The notes: generated from the letters alone by a model not told the origin. 47,246 nt of DNA from Candidatus Eiseniibacteriota bacterium (GCA_030601305.1 JAUVTV010000001.1:1-47246), one strand, 5' to 3'. Positions 1-8,461 are shown, counted from the stretch's first letter. Numbers and translations are program-made.

Positions 1-2
1 CC

Positions 3-212
3 GGCTACGCCGGCCCGGTCGAGGTCACGATCGTCGACGTCACCGGGCGTACGGTGAGCCGGCTGGTCGACAAGGGCCAGCGGGCGGGGGTCTACCGCGT
101 CACCTGGAACGGGCGCGATCGTGCGCGACGTCCGGTGGCCGAGGGTGTCTATTTCGCTCGCCTGCGCATCGCGGGCGAAGAGACCGCGACGCGCCTCATC
201 GTCGCGCGATGA
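3..212 (+). CDS. 3' fragment of a secreted protein. The C-terminal ~70 aa resemble a FlgD-Ig-like / T9SS-type C-terminal sorting domain.
   Basis: Frame 3 is open from the window edge to TGA at 210-212 and is absent from the ORF track because it is edge-truncated. Translation: GYAGPVEVTIVDVTGRTVSRLVDKGQRAGVYRVTWNGRDRARRPVAEGVYFARLRIAGEETATRLIVAR. The pattern G.Y.V.W.G.D..G..V..GVYF.RL......T.K/R... is typical of these C-terminal domains. Confidence 0.6.
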   Translation, partial: GYAGPVEVTIVDVTGRTVSRLVDKGQRAGVYRVTWNGRDRARRPVAEGVYFARLRIAGEETATRLIVAR

Positions 213-352
213 TAGGGGGTACCGCACGCGCGTGTCATCGGCCGGACGGCTTCGGGTCTGAAAACGCCTTCCCCATTGCGGCCCCGGAATAACGCGCTAG
301 ACTGCCGGGGCAATCGGCATCGTTCCGTGAGACCTGGTGGGGAGATGCGCGC

Positions 353-3019
353 ATGTCCGAGGATCCCGGCCGTCTACAGCGTTTCTTCGGCTCGGTGGAA
401 GAGGCCGCCCGCCCCGGGTGGCGCTGGCTCCTGCTCCTCGTCGGATGGATCCTCGCACGCAACCTCCTGGAAGGCATTCTCGAACACCCGCACCAGATGG
501 GCTTCGACTGGCGCGGGGAGATCTCGTTCGCGATGTTCTTCCTTCACTTCCCGCTCTTCTACCTCGCGCTCTTTGTCGTCACGGCGCTCTGGATTCACTG
601 GCTGAGCGGCCGATCGCTGGCGAGGGTGGCCGGCGCCGTGTCGGTGGGCTTCGCGGTTCTCCTGATCGTGCCGATCCTGGATGCGCTCGTTTCCTCGGGC
701 CGCGGCTACGACCTGCGCTATCTGGTCGGCTTCGAAGGGATCTTCTTCAGATTCTGGGATCCCACCGCGGCGCATCCCGCGATCTCGCCGGGGCAGCGCG
801 TGGAGGTCGTCCTCGCCTGCGTGCTGTGCGCAGCCTATGTCTACGCGTCCCGACGGGGTGTGCAGCCATCGGTTCCCGGCGCGATCCTCCGCGCGACACT
901 TGCCGTGGCCGGGTTCTTCGTGCTCGCAGCGCTTCTCGGCGCCTGGCCCTCGCTCTTTGCGCAATGGCTCTATCCCAAGGCGACCCCGTTGGCGGACCCG
1001 AACATGACCGCCTTTCGCGGCCCGGGTCTCGTGCCGGGCGAGGGCCGGCGTCTGGCCCTGGTGGTCGCAATGCCTCTCCTGCTCGCCCTGCCGCTCTTCC
1101 TTCAGCGAATGCGCCCCGATCGCGTGGCGGGGGTGCTGCGTGCGATGAGCTGGTCCCGCCTCTTCTACTACACGGGCCTGGTTCCCGCGGGCGTATGGCT
1201 CGCCTGGCTCGTCTATCACGAGCACCTGCCGCGCGCCTCCATCACACCCGTCGATGCGGTTGCCACCTGTGTGCTGTGGGTGGCGATGGTCTGCGCGTAT
1301 CTAGCGTCGCTCTTCTGGAACGATCTCAACGATCGCGAGGCCGATGCAGTCAACGAGCCGCACCGTCCGCTGCCGCGGGGGATCCTCGCGAGCCGGGACG
1401 CGAGCACGTACGCCCGCGCGGCCGCGGGTCTGGCCCTCTTCCTCTCACTGTGCGTGAGCTATCACGCGTTCCTGCTCATGATCGCGTGTCTCTTCCTCGC
1501 GTGGCTCTACTCATGTCCACCGGTGCGCCTCAAGCGGTGGCCGTTCGTAGCGACCTTCACGCTTGCGATCCTCTCGCTGATCTCGCTCGCAACCGGGTTC
1601 TCGCTCTACGCGCAGGAGATGACGCCGCTCGGCCTCCCGCGCCGGGTCGCGCTCTTCCTTCTGGTGGGCGTCACCCTGGGGTTCGTTGCGAAGGACCTCA
1701 AGGATGCTCCTGGAGATCGCCGCACGGGTGTCGTGACCCTGGCAACCCTGCTGCCGGAAAGGGGCGCGCGCATCGTAACCGCTCTACTCGTCGCGCTCGC
1801 CTTCCTACTCGTCCCGCTCATCCTGCCCATGGGCTGGATCTTCGTGTTGATCAGCGCACTCTTCGCGCTCGCCGGTGCCCTGCTGACGCTGCGCGTCCGG
1901 AGGCCCGATTCCGCTCTCCTCGTGGGGCTCCTCGTCTTCGGTGTCGTTCTGGGCTTCTTTCTCACGCGGCACAAAGAGCTCGTCCAGGAGCGCGTTCCGT
2001 CGGCCATCCGTGACCTGCAGGCGGACATGATCGCGGGTGAACAGGGTGTCCGTCTGACGCGCCTCTGGGTGGAGAACCCAAGGAACCGCGAAATGCAGCC
2101 CCCGGGACCGGGGGCGCGCGAGCGACTCACCGTCTTTCGCGATCTCACGTCGCGAGCCCAAGAGCAATGCACGCTTTGGCCGGCCTGGGAGGAGAGGTTG
2201 GGATGGCTGCGCGTGCAGGCCGGCAGCTTCCTTGGCCCGGCACGAAACGCCGATGAAAGAAACCGGGCGCAGGCCATCTGGAGCGACCTGGGTCGCCTCC
2301 AGATGATCCGTCCCTCGCGCGCGGCCTACTGGGACGCGCAGGTCTCGCTGGCGCAGCGCTGGGAGGGATGGGAGCGGGGGTTCTTGGCGTGCACGCAGGC
2401 GCTCGCGCTGGGCCTGCGACCCGGGGACTTCCTCCGCAACCGGGCGGCGCTCCGTCTGGCCCGGGGCGCGGGCGGCTGGCCGGCGCCCGAGTTGAACGCG
2501 GGAGATCTGGCCGCCATTGGCCGTGACCTCGCGGGAGCGTTTCTCTACGGCGGCCAGCGGACAACGCGCTGGGTCCTGCTCGGAGACTGGCTGGCGACGA
2601 TCGGGGAACGAACCCGCGCGCAGGAGGCCTACCGCGAGGCGCTCCGCACCGACGTGCGAAGTGTGGACGGGTGGAGCGGCCTCGGACAGACGTTTTGCGC
2701 CGCGGGGGAACTGGAGGACGCGAGGGTCGCGTACGAGGAGGCGCGGGGGCTGGATCCATTCGATCCCTGGGTGCTCAACAACCTCGGCGTCGTGCTGCGC
2801 GATCTCGGTCGCCCGGAGGAAGCGCGCTTCCGGTTTCGGGAAGCGCACCAATGTGGCCGGCGGTTGATCGAGCCGCTCTACAACTTGGGCCGGACCTGCG
2901 AGCTGCTGGGGCGTCCGGACGAAGCGCGCCAGTGGTACGAACGGGGGCGCGCCGTACGCCCGGGATTCCCGCCGCTCGAAGATGCGCTGCGAGCCCTCGA
3001 CGAGAGAGAGGGCCCATGA
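353..3019 (+). CDS. UbiA-family prenyltransferase domain with an extra N-terminal polytopic membrane domain (~300 aa) and C-terminal TPR repeats (888 aa).
   Basis: UbiA motif 1 is NDLNDREADAVNEPHRPLPRG and motif 2 is KDLKDAPGDRRTGVVTLA, both within hydrophobic segments. The C-terminal ~250 aa carry TPR-like repeats (e.g. AYEEARGLDPFDPWVLNNLGVVLRDLGRPEEA and LYNLGRTCELLGRPDEARQWYERG). Confidence 0.8.
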   Translation: MSEDPGRLQRFFGSVEEAARPGWRWLLLLVGWILARNLLEGILEHPHQMGFDWRGEISFAMFFLHFPLFYLALFVVTALWIHWLSGRSLARVAGAVSVGFAVLLIVPILDALVSSGRGYDLRYLVGFEGIFFRFWDPTAAHPAISPGQRVEVVLACVLCAAYVYASRRGVQPSVPGAILRATLAVAGFFVLAALLGAWPSLFAQWLYPKATPLADPNMTAFRGPGLVPGEGRRLALVVAMPLLLALPLFLQRMRPDRVAGVLRAMSWSRLFYYTGLVPAGVWLAWLVYHEHLPRASITPVDAVATCVLWVAMVCAYLASLFWNDLNDREADAVNEPHRPLPRGILASRDASTYARAAAGLALFLSLCVSYHAFLLMIACLFLAWLYSCPPVRLKRWPFVATFTLAILSLISLATGFSLYAQEMTPLGLPRRVALFLLVGVTLGFVAKDLKDAPGDRRTGVVTLATLLPERGARIVTALLVALAFLLVPLILPMGWIFVLISALFALAGALLTLRVRRPDSALLVGLLVFGVVLGFFLTRHKELVQERVPSAIRDLQADMIAGEQGVRLTRLWVENPRNREMQPPGPGARERLTVFRDLTSRAQEQCTLWPAWEERLGWLRVQAGSFLGPARNADERNRAQAIWSDLGRLQMIRPSRAAYWDAQVSLAQRWEGWERGFLACTQALALGLRPGDFLRNRAALRLARGAGGWPAPELNAGDLAAIGRDLAGAFLYGGQRTTRWVLLGDWLATIGERTRAQEAYREALRTDVRSVDGWSGLGQTFCAAGELEDARVAYEEARGLDPFDPWVLNNLGVVLRDLGRPEEARFRFREAHQCGRRLIEPLYNLGRTCELLGRPDEARQWYERGRAVRPGFPPLEDALRALDEREGP

Positions 3020-3561
3020 GGCCCCGGAGGCAACCTATGGAACCGGAAGAGCTCATTGCCCGCCTGAACCTGCGCCCGCATCCGCGTGAGGGTGCCTATT
3101 TCGCCGAAACCTACCGCTCCGGGGAAGAGGTCGCGGCCCGAGCTTTGCCACCGCGCTACGCCGGAGCGCGGCCCCTGGGAACCGCGATCTATTTCCTGAT
3201 CACGGCCGACCACTCCTCCGCACTCCACCGCCTCCAGACCGACGAGATCTACCACTTCTACCTGGGGGATCCGGTCGAGTTGCTCCAGCTATCAGGCGAT
3301 GGAACGGGACGCCTCTTCACGCTCGGTCCGAACCCTTTCCTGGGGATGCAGCCCCAGCTGGTCGTTCCGCGGGGGGTTTGGCAGGGCGCACGCCTGCGGC
3401 CCGGGGGGCGCTTCGCGCTACTGGGAATGACCACCGCCCCCGGATTCGACTACGCCGACTACGAGCACGGCGATCGCCAGCAGCTCCTGGCGGCCTACCC
3501 TCAGTTCTCGGAGGCCATCCGGGCGTTGACCGCGGAGCAATCTCCCGAGCAGCGCGGATGA
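3016..3561 (+). CDS. Cupin-superfamily protein, DUF985 (Cupin_5) family, 181 aa.
   Basis: Contains LNLRPHPREGAYFAETYRS...TAIYFLI...SALHRLQTDEIYHFYLGDP...APGFDYADYE. The ATG at 3016 overlaps the upstream TGA (ATGA). The longer track ORF from 2671 lies inside the previous gene, so I reject that start. Confidence 0.85.
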   Translation: MRPRRQPMEPEELIARLNLRPHPREGAYFAETYRSGEEVAARALPPRYAGARPLGTAIYFLITADHSSALHRLQTDEIYHFYLGDPVELLQLSGDGTGRLFTLGPNPFLGMQPQLVVPRGVWQGARLRPGGRFALLGMTTAPGFDYADYEHGDRQQLLAAYPQFSEAIRALTAEQSPEQRG

Positions 3562-3642
3562 CTTCCGCCACGGGCCTCTCCGCCTCCTCACGACGGCCGT
3601 TCATGAATGGTCCGGGCTCGGCGCGTGGCAAAAGCCGCGATC

Positions 3643-3670
3643 TTGACAAATACGAATATTCGCGTATGGT
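3643..3670 (+). promoter_or_regulatory. Putative sigma-70 promoter with an embedded palindromic operator upstream of the ArsR-family gene.
   Basis: TTGACA at 3643-3648, a 16-nt spacer, then TATGGT at 3665-3670. A perfect 10-bp palindrome, CGAATATTCG (3653-3662), sits in the spacer. The site lies in a local AT-rich island. Confidence 0.45.
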
Positions 3671-3693
3671 GATATTTGAAATGCGAGGTACCC

Positions 3694-4065
3694 ATGCGCA
3701 AACCCACGGCCGACGAACTGGAGCTGCTGCACAGCGAGCTGTGTAGCGTGCTCGGCGACCCGACCCGCATCGCCATCTTGTACGAGCTGGCGGACGGGCC
3801 GCGCAATGTCACGAGCATCGTGGAGGCGCTGGGGGTCCACCAGGCCACGGTCTCGCGGCACTTGCGCATCCTGCGCGAGCGGGGGTTGGCGCGAGCTGAG
3901 CGGGACGGAAACCAGGTCTTCTACGAGCTGGCGGAGCCGCGGGTCCTGGATGTGCTCACGCTGATGCGGGAGGTCCTCACGGACATCCTGCGGGAGCGGG
4001 GGGAGAAGGTGCGGCGGATCGTCGCGGCGGCCGGGCGCCGAAAGCCAGGTCGGCGGTCAGCTTGA
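3694..4065 (+). CDS. ArsR/SmtB-family winged-helix transcriptional regulator.
   Basis: Contains LGDPTRIAILYELADGPRNVTSIVEALGVHQATVSRHLRILRERGL. I prefer the ATG at 3694 (GAGGT 4 nt upstream) over the track's TTG at 3676, which would abut the -10 box. Confidence 0.85.
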   Translation: MRKPTADELELLHSELCSVLGDPTRIAILYELADGPRNVTSIVEALGVHQATVSRHLRILRERGLARAERDGNQVFYELAEPRVLDVLTLMREVLTDILRERGEKVRRIVAAAGRRKPGRRSA

Positions 4066-4090
4066 GAGGTGCAAGACGGAGGATCGGACG

Positions 4091-4636
4091 ATGGCAGTCG
4101 ATGTAGCCACTGAGCTGGCGGAGCTGAAAAAGAAGGTCGACGAGATGCAGCCGGGAGCGCTGCCCAAGCTCTCGATGGTCGTCTTCTCGGGAGACCTGGA
4201 CAAGCTGATTGCGGCGCTGATCATCGCGACCGGCGCGGTGGCGATGGGCATGCAGGCCGTGCTCTTTTTCACCTTCTGGGGCACCGCGGCGCTCCGCGAC
4301 CCCAAGGTCAACGTGGGTGGCAAGGACTTCATGTCCAAGATGTTCGGCTGGATGCTGCCCAAGGGGCGGGGCAAGCTGAAGCTTTCCAACATGCACATGG
4401 CGGGCATGGGCACCGCCATGCTCAAGGACCTCATGCGCAAGAAGAATGTCCCTTCGCTGGACCAGCTCTTCGAGATGGCGGCGCAACTCGGCGTGCAGAT
4501 CAAAGTGTGTGAGATGTCGATGGACTTGATGGGTTTCAAGCGCGAGGAGCTCATCGACTACCCGAACAAGGAATTCTGCGGCGTGGCGACGTTCCTGGCG
4601 GACGCCAAGGAGTCCAGCGTTCAGCTCTTCATCTAG
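4091..4636 (+). CDS. DsrE/DsrF/DsrH-like family protein (soluble, PF13686-type), 181 aa.
   Basis: Contains MVVFSGDLDKLIAALIIATGAVAMGMQAVLFFTFWG and a conserved-looking Cys in IKVCEMSMDLMG. A GGAGGA RBS lies upstream. Confidence 0.8.
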   Translation: MAVDVATELAELKKKVDEMQPGALPKLSMVVFSGDLDKLIAALIIATGAVAMGMQAVLFFTFWGTAALRDPKVNVGGKDFMSKMFGWMLPKGRGKLKLSNMHMAGMGTAMLKDLMRKKNVPSLDQLFEMAAQLGVQIKVCEMSMDLMGFKREELIDYPNKEFCGVATFLADAKESSVQLFI

Positions 4637-4649
4637 CACGGGAGGATTC

Positions 4650-4889
4650 ATGGCGGAGCACGATGCAGTCAAGGTTCTCGATCTCAAGGGACTGCCCTGT
4701 CCCATGCCGGTCGTGAAAATCAGTCAGGAAATCGGCTCGATCGATGTCGGCCAGGTTGTCGAGGTGCACACTACCGACCCCGGTTCCTTGGCGGACTTCC
4801 CCGCCTGGGCGAAGAGCTCGGGCAACGAGATCGTCGAGACCAAGCAGGAGGAAGGACTCATCCGCATCTTCGTCAAACGCGTGAAGTAG
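4650..4889 (+). CDS. TusA/SirA-family sulfurtransferase, 79 aa.
   Basis: Contains LDLKGLPCPMPVVK, which carries the CPxP active-site motif. A GGGAGGA RBS lies upstream. Confidence 0.9.
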   Translation: MAEHDAVKVLDLKGLPCPMPVVKISQEIGSIDVGQVVEVHTTDPGSLADFPAWAKSSGNEIVETKQEEGLIRIFVKRVK

Positions 4890-4911
4890 GCGTGCCCGCG
4901 GTTCGTTTCGC

Positions 4912-5637
4912 ATGGGAGGAACCATGGCTGGATGGATCGGCTACTTCATCATGGTGCCCATGGTGTACATCGCCGTGGCGGTCTTCGTCATTGGAATCCT
5001 GGCGCGCGTCGCGCGCCTGCTGGCGTCGCCGAAGCACCCGTTCCCCCTGCGGCTCTACCCGGTGCCGTCATCGGCCCGGCTGTGTGCGCTGAAGGAAACC
5101 TTCCTCATGCCGCAGGTGCGCGCGCACGCGCCGCTCTTCTGGGTCTTCCTGATCCTCTTCCACATTGCCTTTCTGTTCCTCTTCCTGGGACATCTCGATC
5201 TGATCCCGGGCATCCACCTGATGCCGCCCGATTCGGTGCACATGCTCGGACATGGCTTCATCGGGCTGACCGTCACCCTGGCGACGTTCTACTTCCTCCT
5301 GCGGCGCATGCGCGGAACGCTGCGGGAGATCTCCGTGCTGGGGGACTACCTGCTCCTGCTCCTGCTCATCCTGCTCTTCCTCACCGGGGACACGGTCAGC
5401 TGGGCCAACTCCTGGAATCCGGATGGCTTCGTGATCGGCAAGGTCGAATTCGGCGACTACCTCCAGTCGCTGCTCGGCTTCACTTTCGCCAACCCACGTG
5501 ATCTGTTGCCGGGATCGCACTACATCGTGGTGGTGCTGCATGTCCTCCTGGCCAATCTGTTCCTGATCCTCTTCCCCTTCACCAAGATCATGCATACCTT
5601 CTTCGCCCTGCCGATGAACCGTCTGAGGAGAGGCTGA
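4912..5637 (+). CDS. NarI/DsrM/HdrE-like membrane b-type cytochrome (nitrate reductase gamma family).
   Basis: About 5-6 TM helices with spaced His residues (HAPLFWVFLILFHIAFLFLFLGH; HYIVVVLHVLL...KIMH). It is followed 1 nt later by a CCG-domain Fe-S protein. An alternative ATG at 4924 sits just after GGGAGGA. Confidence 0.75.
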   Translation: MGGTMAGWIGYFIMVPMVYIAVAVFVIGILARVARLLASPKHPFPLRLYPVPSSARLCALKETFLMPQVRAHAPLFWVFLILFHIAFLFLFLGHLDLIPGIHLMPPDSVHMLGHGFIGLTVTLATFYFLLRRMRGTLREISVLGDYLLLLLLILLFLTGDTVSWANSWNPDGFVIGKVEFGDYLQSLLGFTFANPRDLLPGSHYIVVVLHVLLANLFLILFPFTKIMHTFFALPMNRLRRG

Positions 5638-5638
5638 T

Positions 5639-6910
5639 ATGGACGTCGCGCTACAGGAGACGCTCAAAGGTCTGTTCCAAACCAAGCTGAATCGCGAGAT
5701 GCGCCTCTACCTGGACACTTGCGCGCGCTGCGGTGTCTGCATCGAGGCCTGCCACGTCTATGCCTCGCGCCCCGAGGCGCGCTACACCGCGGTGGGGCGC
5801 GCGGAAGTCATCCGGCGTCTCTTTCGCCAGTACTTCAAGGCGGAGGGCGGAATCGCGCCCTGGTTGGGTGAGACGATCGCACTGGATGACCCGACCCTCG
5901 AGAAGGTCTACGAAGCGGCCTACACCTGCACCGGCTGCCGGCGCTGCATGACCTACTGTCCCTTTGGCATCGACACGCAGATGATCCAGTCGATCGGCAA
6001 GCTCCTCCTGATCGGGGCCGATCGGGAACCGAAGCTGCTGACCATGCTCGCTGTCAAGGATGCGGCGACCACCGAGATCTACACGGAGACCAAGGCCGAC
6101 TTCGAGACGGCGATGAAGAACCTCGAGGCCGAGGTGATCGAGAAGTGGCGTTCGGAAGCCGGGGAGAAGGCGATTCCGGTGGGGGCGATCGGCTCGGACG
6201 TCCTCTATGTCGCCCTTGCCGGCAAGCACTCGATCATCCCCGCGGCGGCCATCATGAACGCCGCCCAGGAGAACTGGTCGCTCTCCTATTTCGAGGCGGT
6301 CAACTTCGGCGCGTTCGTCGGCAATCCCGAGAAGACCCAGGAGATCTCAGCGCGCATCATCGACGAAGCCACGCGTCTCGGCGCCCGCGAGGTGGCCGTC
6401 TGCGAGTGCGGCACCGCCTACCGGGTGCTGAAGCATCAGATCGGAAGTCAACCCTTCGAGGTGATCAGCTTCGTCGAGCTGATCGATCGCTACTTGGAGG
6501 CGGGTCGCATCCGGTTGCGGCCGGGCACCCTCGAAGGCCGGGTCACGTATCACGACCCATGTCAGATGGGGCGCAACGGCGGGGTCCTCGAAGCCCCCCG
6601 GCGGGTCCTCCGCCATCTCGGCGCGGAATTCGTCGAGATGGAGCCCAATCGCGGCGACAACTGGTGTTGCGGCGGGGGCGGCGGGCTGGTGGCGATGGGC
6701 GAGAAAGACTTTCGCATGTGGTCGGCCCGCGTGAAGGCCGATCAGGTGAAGGCCACCGGAGCCTCCGTCGTGGCCACCGCCTGCGAGAACTGTCACGCGC
6801 AGCTCTCCGATCTCAACGAGCACTACGAGTTGGGGACGCGCGTCGCGTTTCTCTCCAGCTTGGTCGCCGACGCGCTAGCCGGCCGTGGCAGAAGTCATCC
6901 GGGCGGCTAA
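5639..6910 (+). CDS. HdrD/DsrK-like iron-sulfur oxidoreductase with two 4Fe-4S ferredoxin motifs and a CCG domain, 423 aa.
   Basis: Ferredoxin motifs are CARCGVCIEACHV and CTGCRRCMTYCPF. Cys-rich CCG-type motifs are HDPCQMGRNGG and NWCCGGGGG. Confidence 0.85.
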   Translation: MDVALQETLKGLFQTKLNREMRLYLDTCARCGVCIEACHVYASRPEARYTAVGRAEVIRRLFRQYFKAEGGIAPWLGETIALDDPTLEKVYEAAYTCTGCRRCMTYCPFGIDTQMIQSIGKLLLIGADREPKLLTMLAVKDAATTEIYTETKADFETAMKNLEAEVIEKWRSEAGEKAIPVGAIGSDVLYVALAGKHSIIPAAAIMNAAQENWSLSYFEAVNFGAFVGNPEKTQEISARIIDEATRLGAREVAVCECGTAYRVLKHQIGSQPFEVISFVELIDRYLEAGRIRLRPGTLEGRVTYHDPCQMGRNGGVLEAPRRVLRHLGAEFVEMEPNRGDNWCCGGGGGLVAMGEKDFRMWSARVKADQVKATGASVVATACENCHAQLSDLNEHYELGTRVAFLSSLVADALAGRGRSHPGG

Positions 6911-6912
6911 CG

Positions 6913-7545
6913 TCACAAGTACTGACTCGTGATCTGCACGACATCGATGAAGAGGTAGTTCATCCGGCCGATCAGGAGCGATATACGACCCATCACCGTG
7001 TACCCGAACGCGGCGCCGAATCCCAGCATCAGAAACCAAATGCCCACCCGCGATACCACGCCGACGGCACGCTTGTGCTCAATCGAGAAGTAGAAGTAGA
7101 TCAGCACCGACAGCACGCCGACCATCATGATCAGGTTGTCGACGGGGGTGAAGTTGCCGCCAATCGGATGCAGGATCGTCTTGCCGACTTGCGGAACGAC
7201 CTCTCCCTGCAGTTTCTGAACCATGAAGATGCCGACGTAGTACGCGATGTAGACGGCCAGTGAGAGGCGCGCCATCCAGGCGATCCTCGGGATGTAGCGC
7301 GTGTAGAGATTGAGGCCCAGGAGCAGAGGGATGAGCAGGTGGGCATTGCCCGAGAAGTCGGCGGTCAGCGGTCGGATCATGTTGGGAACCAAGGTGTTGG
7401 TCGAGACGATCCCGATGTAATACCCTAGGGAGACACCGGCGAAGAGGCTCTCGGCGAACCGGAAGAACGGATTGTCCTTGTACAGGAAGCTGAAGATACA
7501 GAGCGTCAGGAAAGCTCCGAGCCAGACGCCGAGCAGTTCGGACAT
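6913..7545 (-). CDS. Polytopic membrane protein (~6 TM), unknown family. Module gene D, 210 aa.
   Basis: Hydrophobic throughout (MSELLGVWLGAFLTLCIFSFLY...). A GGGGGAG RBS lies 7 nt upstream and the gap from the preceding gene is 21 nt. Confidence 0.75.
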   Translation of the reverse strand: MSELLGVWLGAFLTLCIFSFLYKDNPFFRFAESLFAGVSLGYYIGIVSTNTLVPNMIRPLTADFSGNAHLLIPLLLGLNLYTRYIPRIAWMARLSLAVYIAYYVGIFMVQKLQGEVVPQVGKTILHPIGGNFTPVDNLIMMVGVLSVLIYFYFSIEHKRAVGVVSRVGIWFLMLGFGAAFGYTVMGRISLLIGRMNYLFIDVVQITSQYL

Positions 7546-7566
7546 CAGGACGCTCCCCCTGTTCTT

Positions 7567-8451
7567 CTACTGTTCAAGACGCGCCTCCCTCTTCTCCCGT
7601 CGGCGAATCAGGAAGTAGACACCGTTCCCGTAGAGGATGAAAAGCATGATGATCGCGTGGTCGACGGTCTGCGCATCCATGCCCTTCATCGCGTTGTATT
7701 CCCCGGCCTTGCTGTAGATGGGCTCAAGGGCCGGATAGCGGTCGATCAGCAGTTGTTCGTACTCGGAGGCCCCTTTCAGCCCTCCCAGCAGGCCCAGCAT
7801 CTGGCCCGAGTCGAGGAAGGCGTAGTACTTCGGCGCCGACACGGCGGTGCAGCCCACCGCGACCGGCGTGCCGAACTGGGCATTGACCAGGTTGGCCCAC
7901 CACTCGCCGATGACGTTCGTCGCGATGCTCACCACCAGCGCGATGTTCGCGTAGTTGAGCACCTGCGTCATCAGCGGCAGCTCATCGAGGGGCGTGCCCT
8001 CCTGATCGCTGGGAAAGACCCCGGAGAAGGCGACGCCCATCTGCTTCATGGTCGCTTGGGCACCGTCCTTGTAACCCAGGAAGACGTAGTCCTCGCCCTC
8101 GACGAGGTCGGGGTACTGGGGAACGATCTTCTCCAGCGCCTCGCCGGCCATGGTGACGCCCCCGAGCGGGAAGAGGGCCACGACGACCACCTTGATCCCG
8201 CGCGTGAAGCAGTGGCGCAAGACCGCCTCGGCCATCGGGTCGCATTCGGGCGCGGTCGTGGGGCCGTAGTCAAAGGAGACGAGTACCGCATCATCGCCGC
8301 CGAGGCTCTCGACCTTGGCAAAGAAGTTCTCCACCGGGGGCGTCGTGGAGACGGCGAAGCCGATGGGCTTCAGGATCGGGATGAGCGTCCCGAGGGCGAT
8401 CAGCAGATAGACGATCCGGCGATCGACTTGCACGAGTCGCTCGAGATTCAC
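7567..8451 (-). CDS. Bitopic membrane protein (N-terminal TM, ~230-aa soluble domain, C-terminal TM), unknown family. Module gene C, 294 aa.
   Basis: GTG start preceded by GGAGG with 6-nt spacing. TM segments are IVYLLIALGTLIPIL and AIIMLFILYGNGVYFLI. I found no nucleotide-binding motif. Confidence 0.75.
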   Translation of the reverse strand: MNLERLVQVDRRIVYLLIALGTLIPILKPIGFAVSTTPPVENFFAKVESLGGDDAVLVSFDYGPTTAPECDPMAEAVLRHCFTRGIKVVVVALFPLGGVTMAGEALEKIVPQYPDLVEGEDYVFLGYKDGAQATMKQMGVAFSGVFPSDQEGTPLDELPLMTQVLNYANIALVVSIATNVIGEWWANLVNAQFGTPVAVGCTAVSAPKYYAFLDSGQMLGLLGGLKGASEYEQLLIDRYPALEPIYSKAGEYNAMKGMDAQTVDHAIIMLFILYGNGVYFLIRRREKREARLEQ

Positions 8452-8461
8452 CGCGCGCCTC

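Noticed and set aside
337-2013. 558-aa plus-strand ORF overlapping the start of the UbiA-TPR gene, together with other Arg-rich ORFs at 374..1225, 1606..2277 and 1805..2851.
   Set aside because: These are alternative frames of a GC-rich gene. They are Arg/Pro/Ala-rich and lack motifs, whereas the 353..3019 frame carries the UbiA and TPR signatures.
3676-3693. TTG start at 3676 for the ArsR gene, which would add MKCEVP and a second Cys.
   Set aside because: The TTG lies 6 nt after the putative -10 box and has no RBS, whereas the ATG at 3694 has GAGGT upstream. It would matter for a two-Cys sensing mechanism, so I list it here as an alternative.
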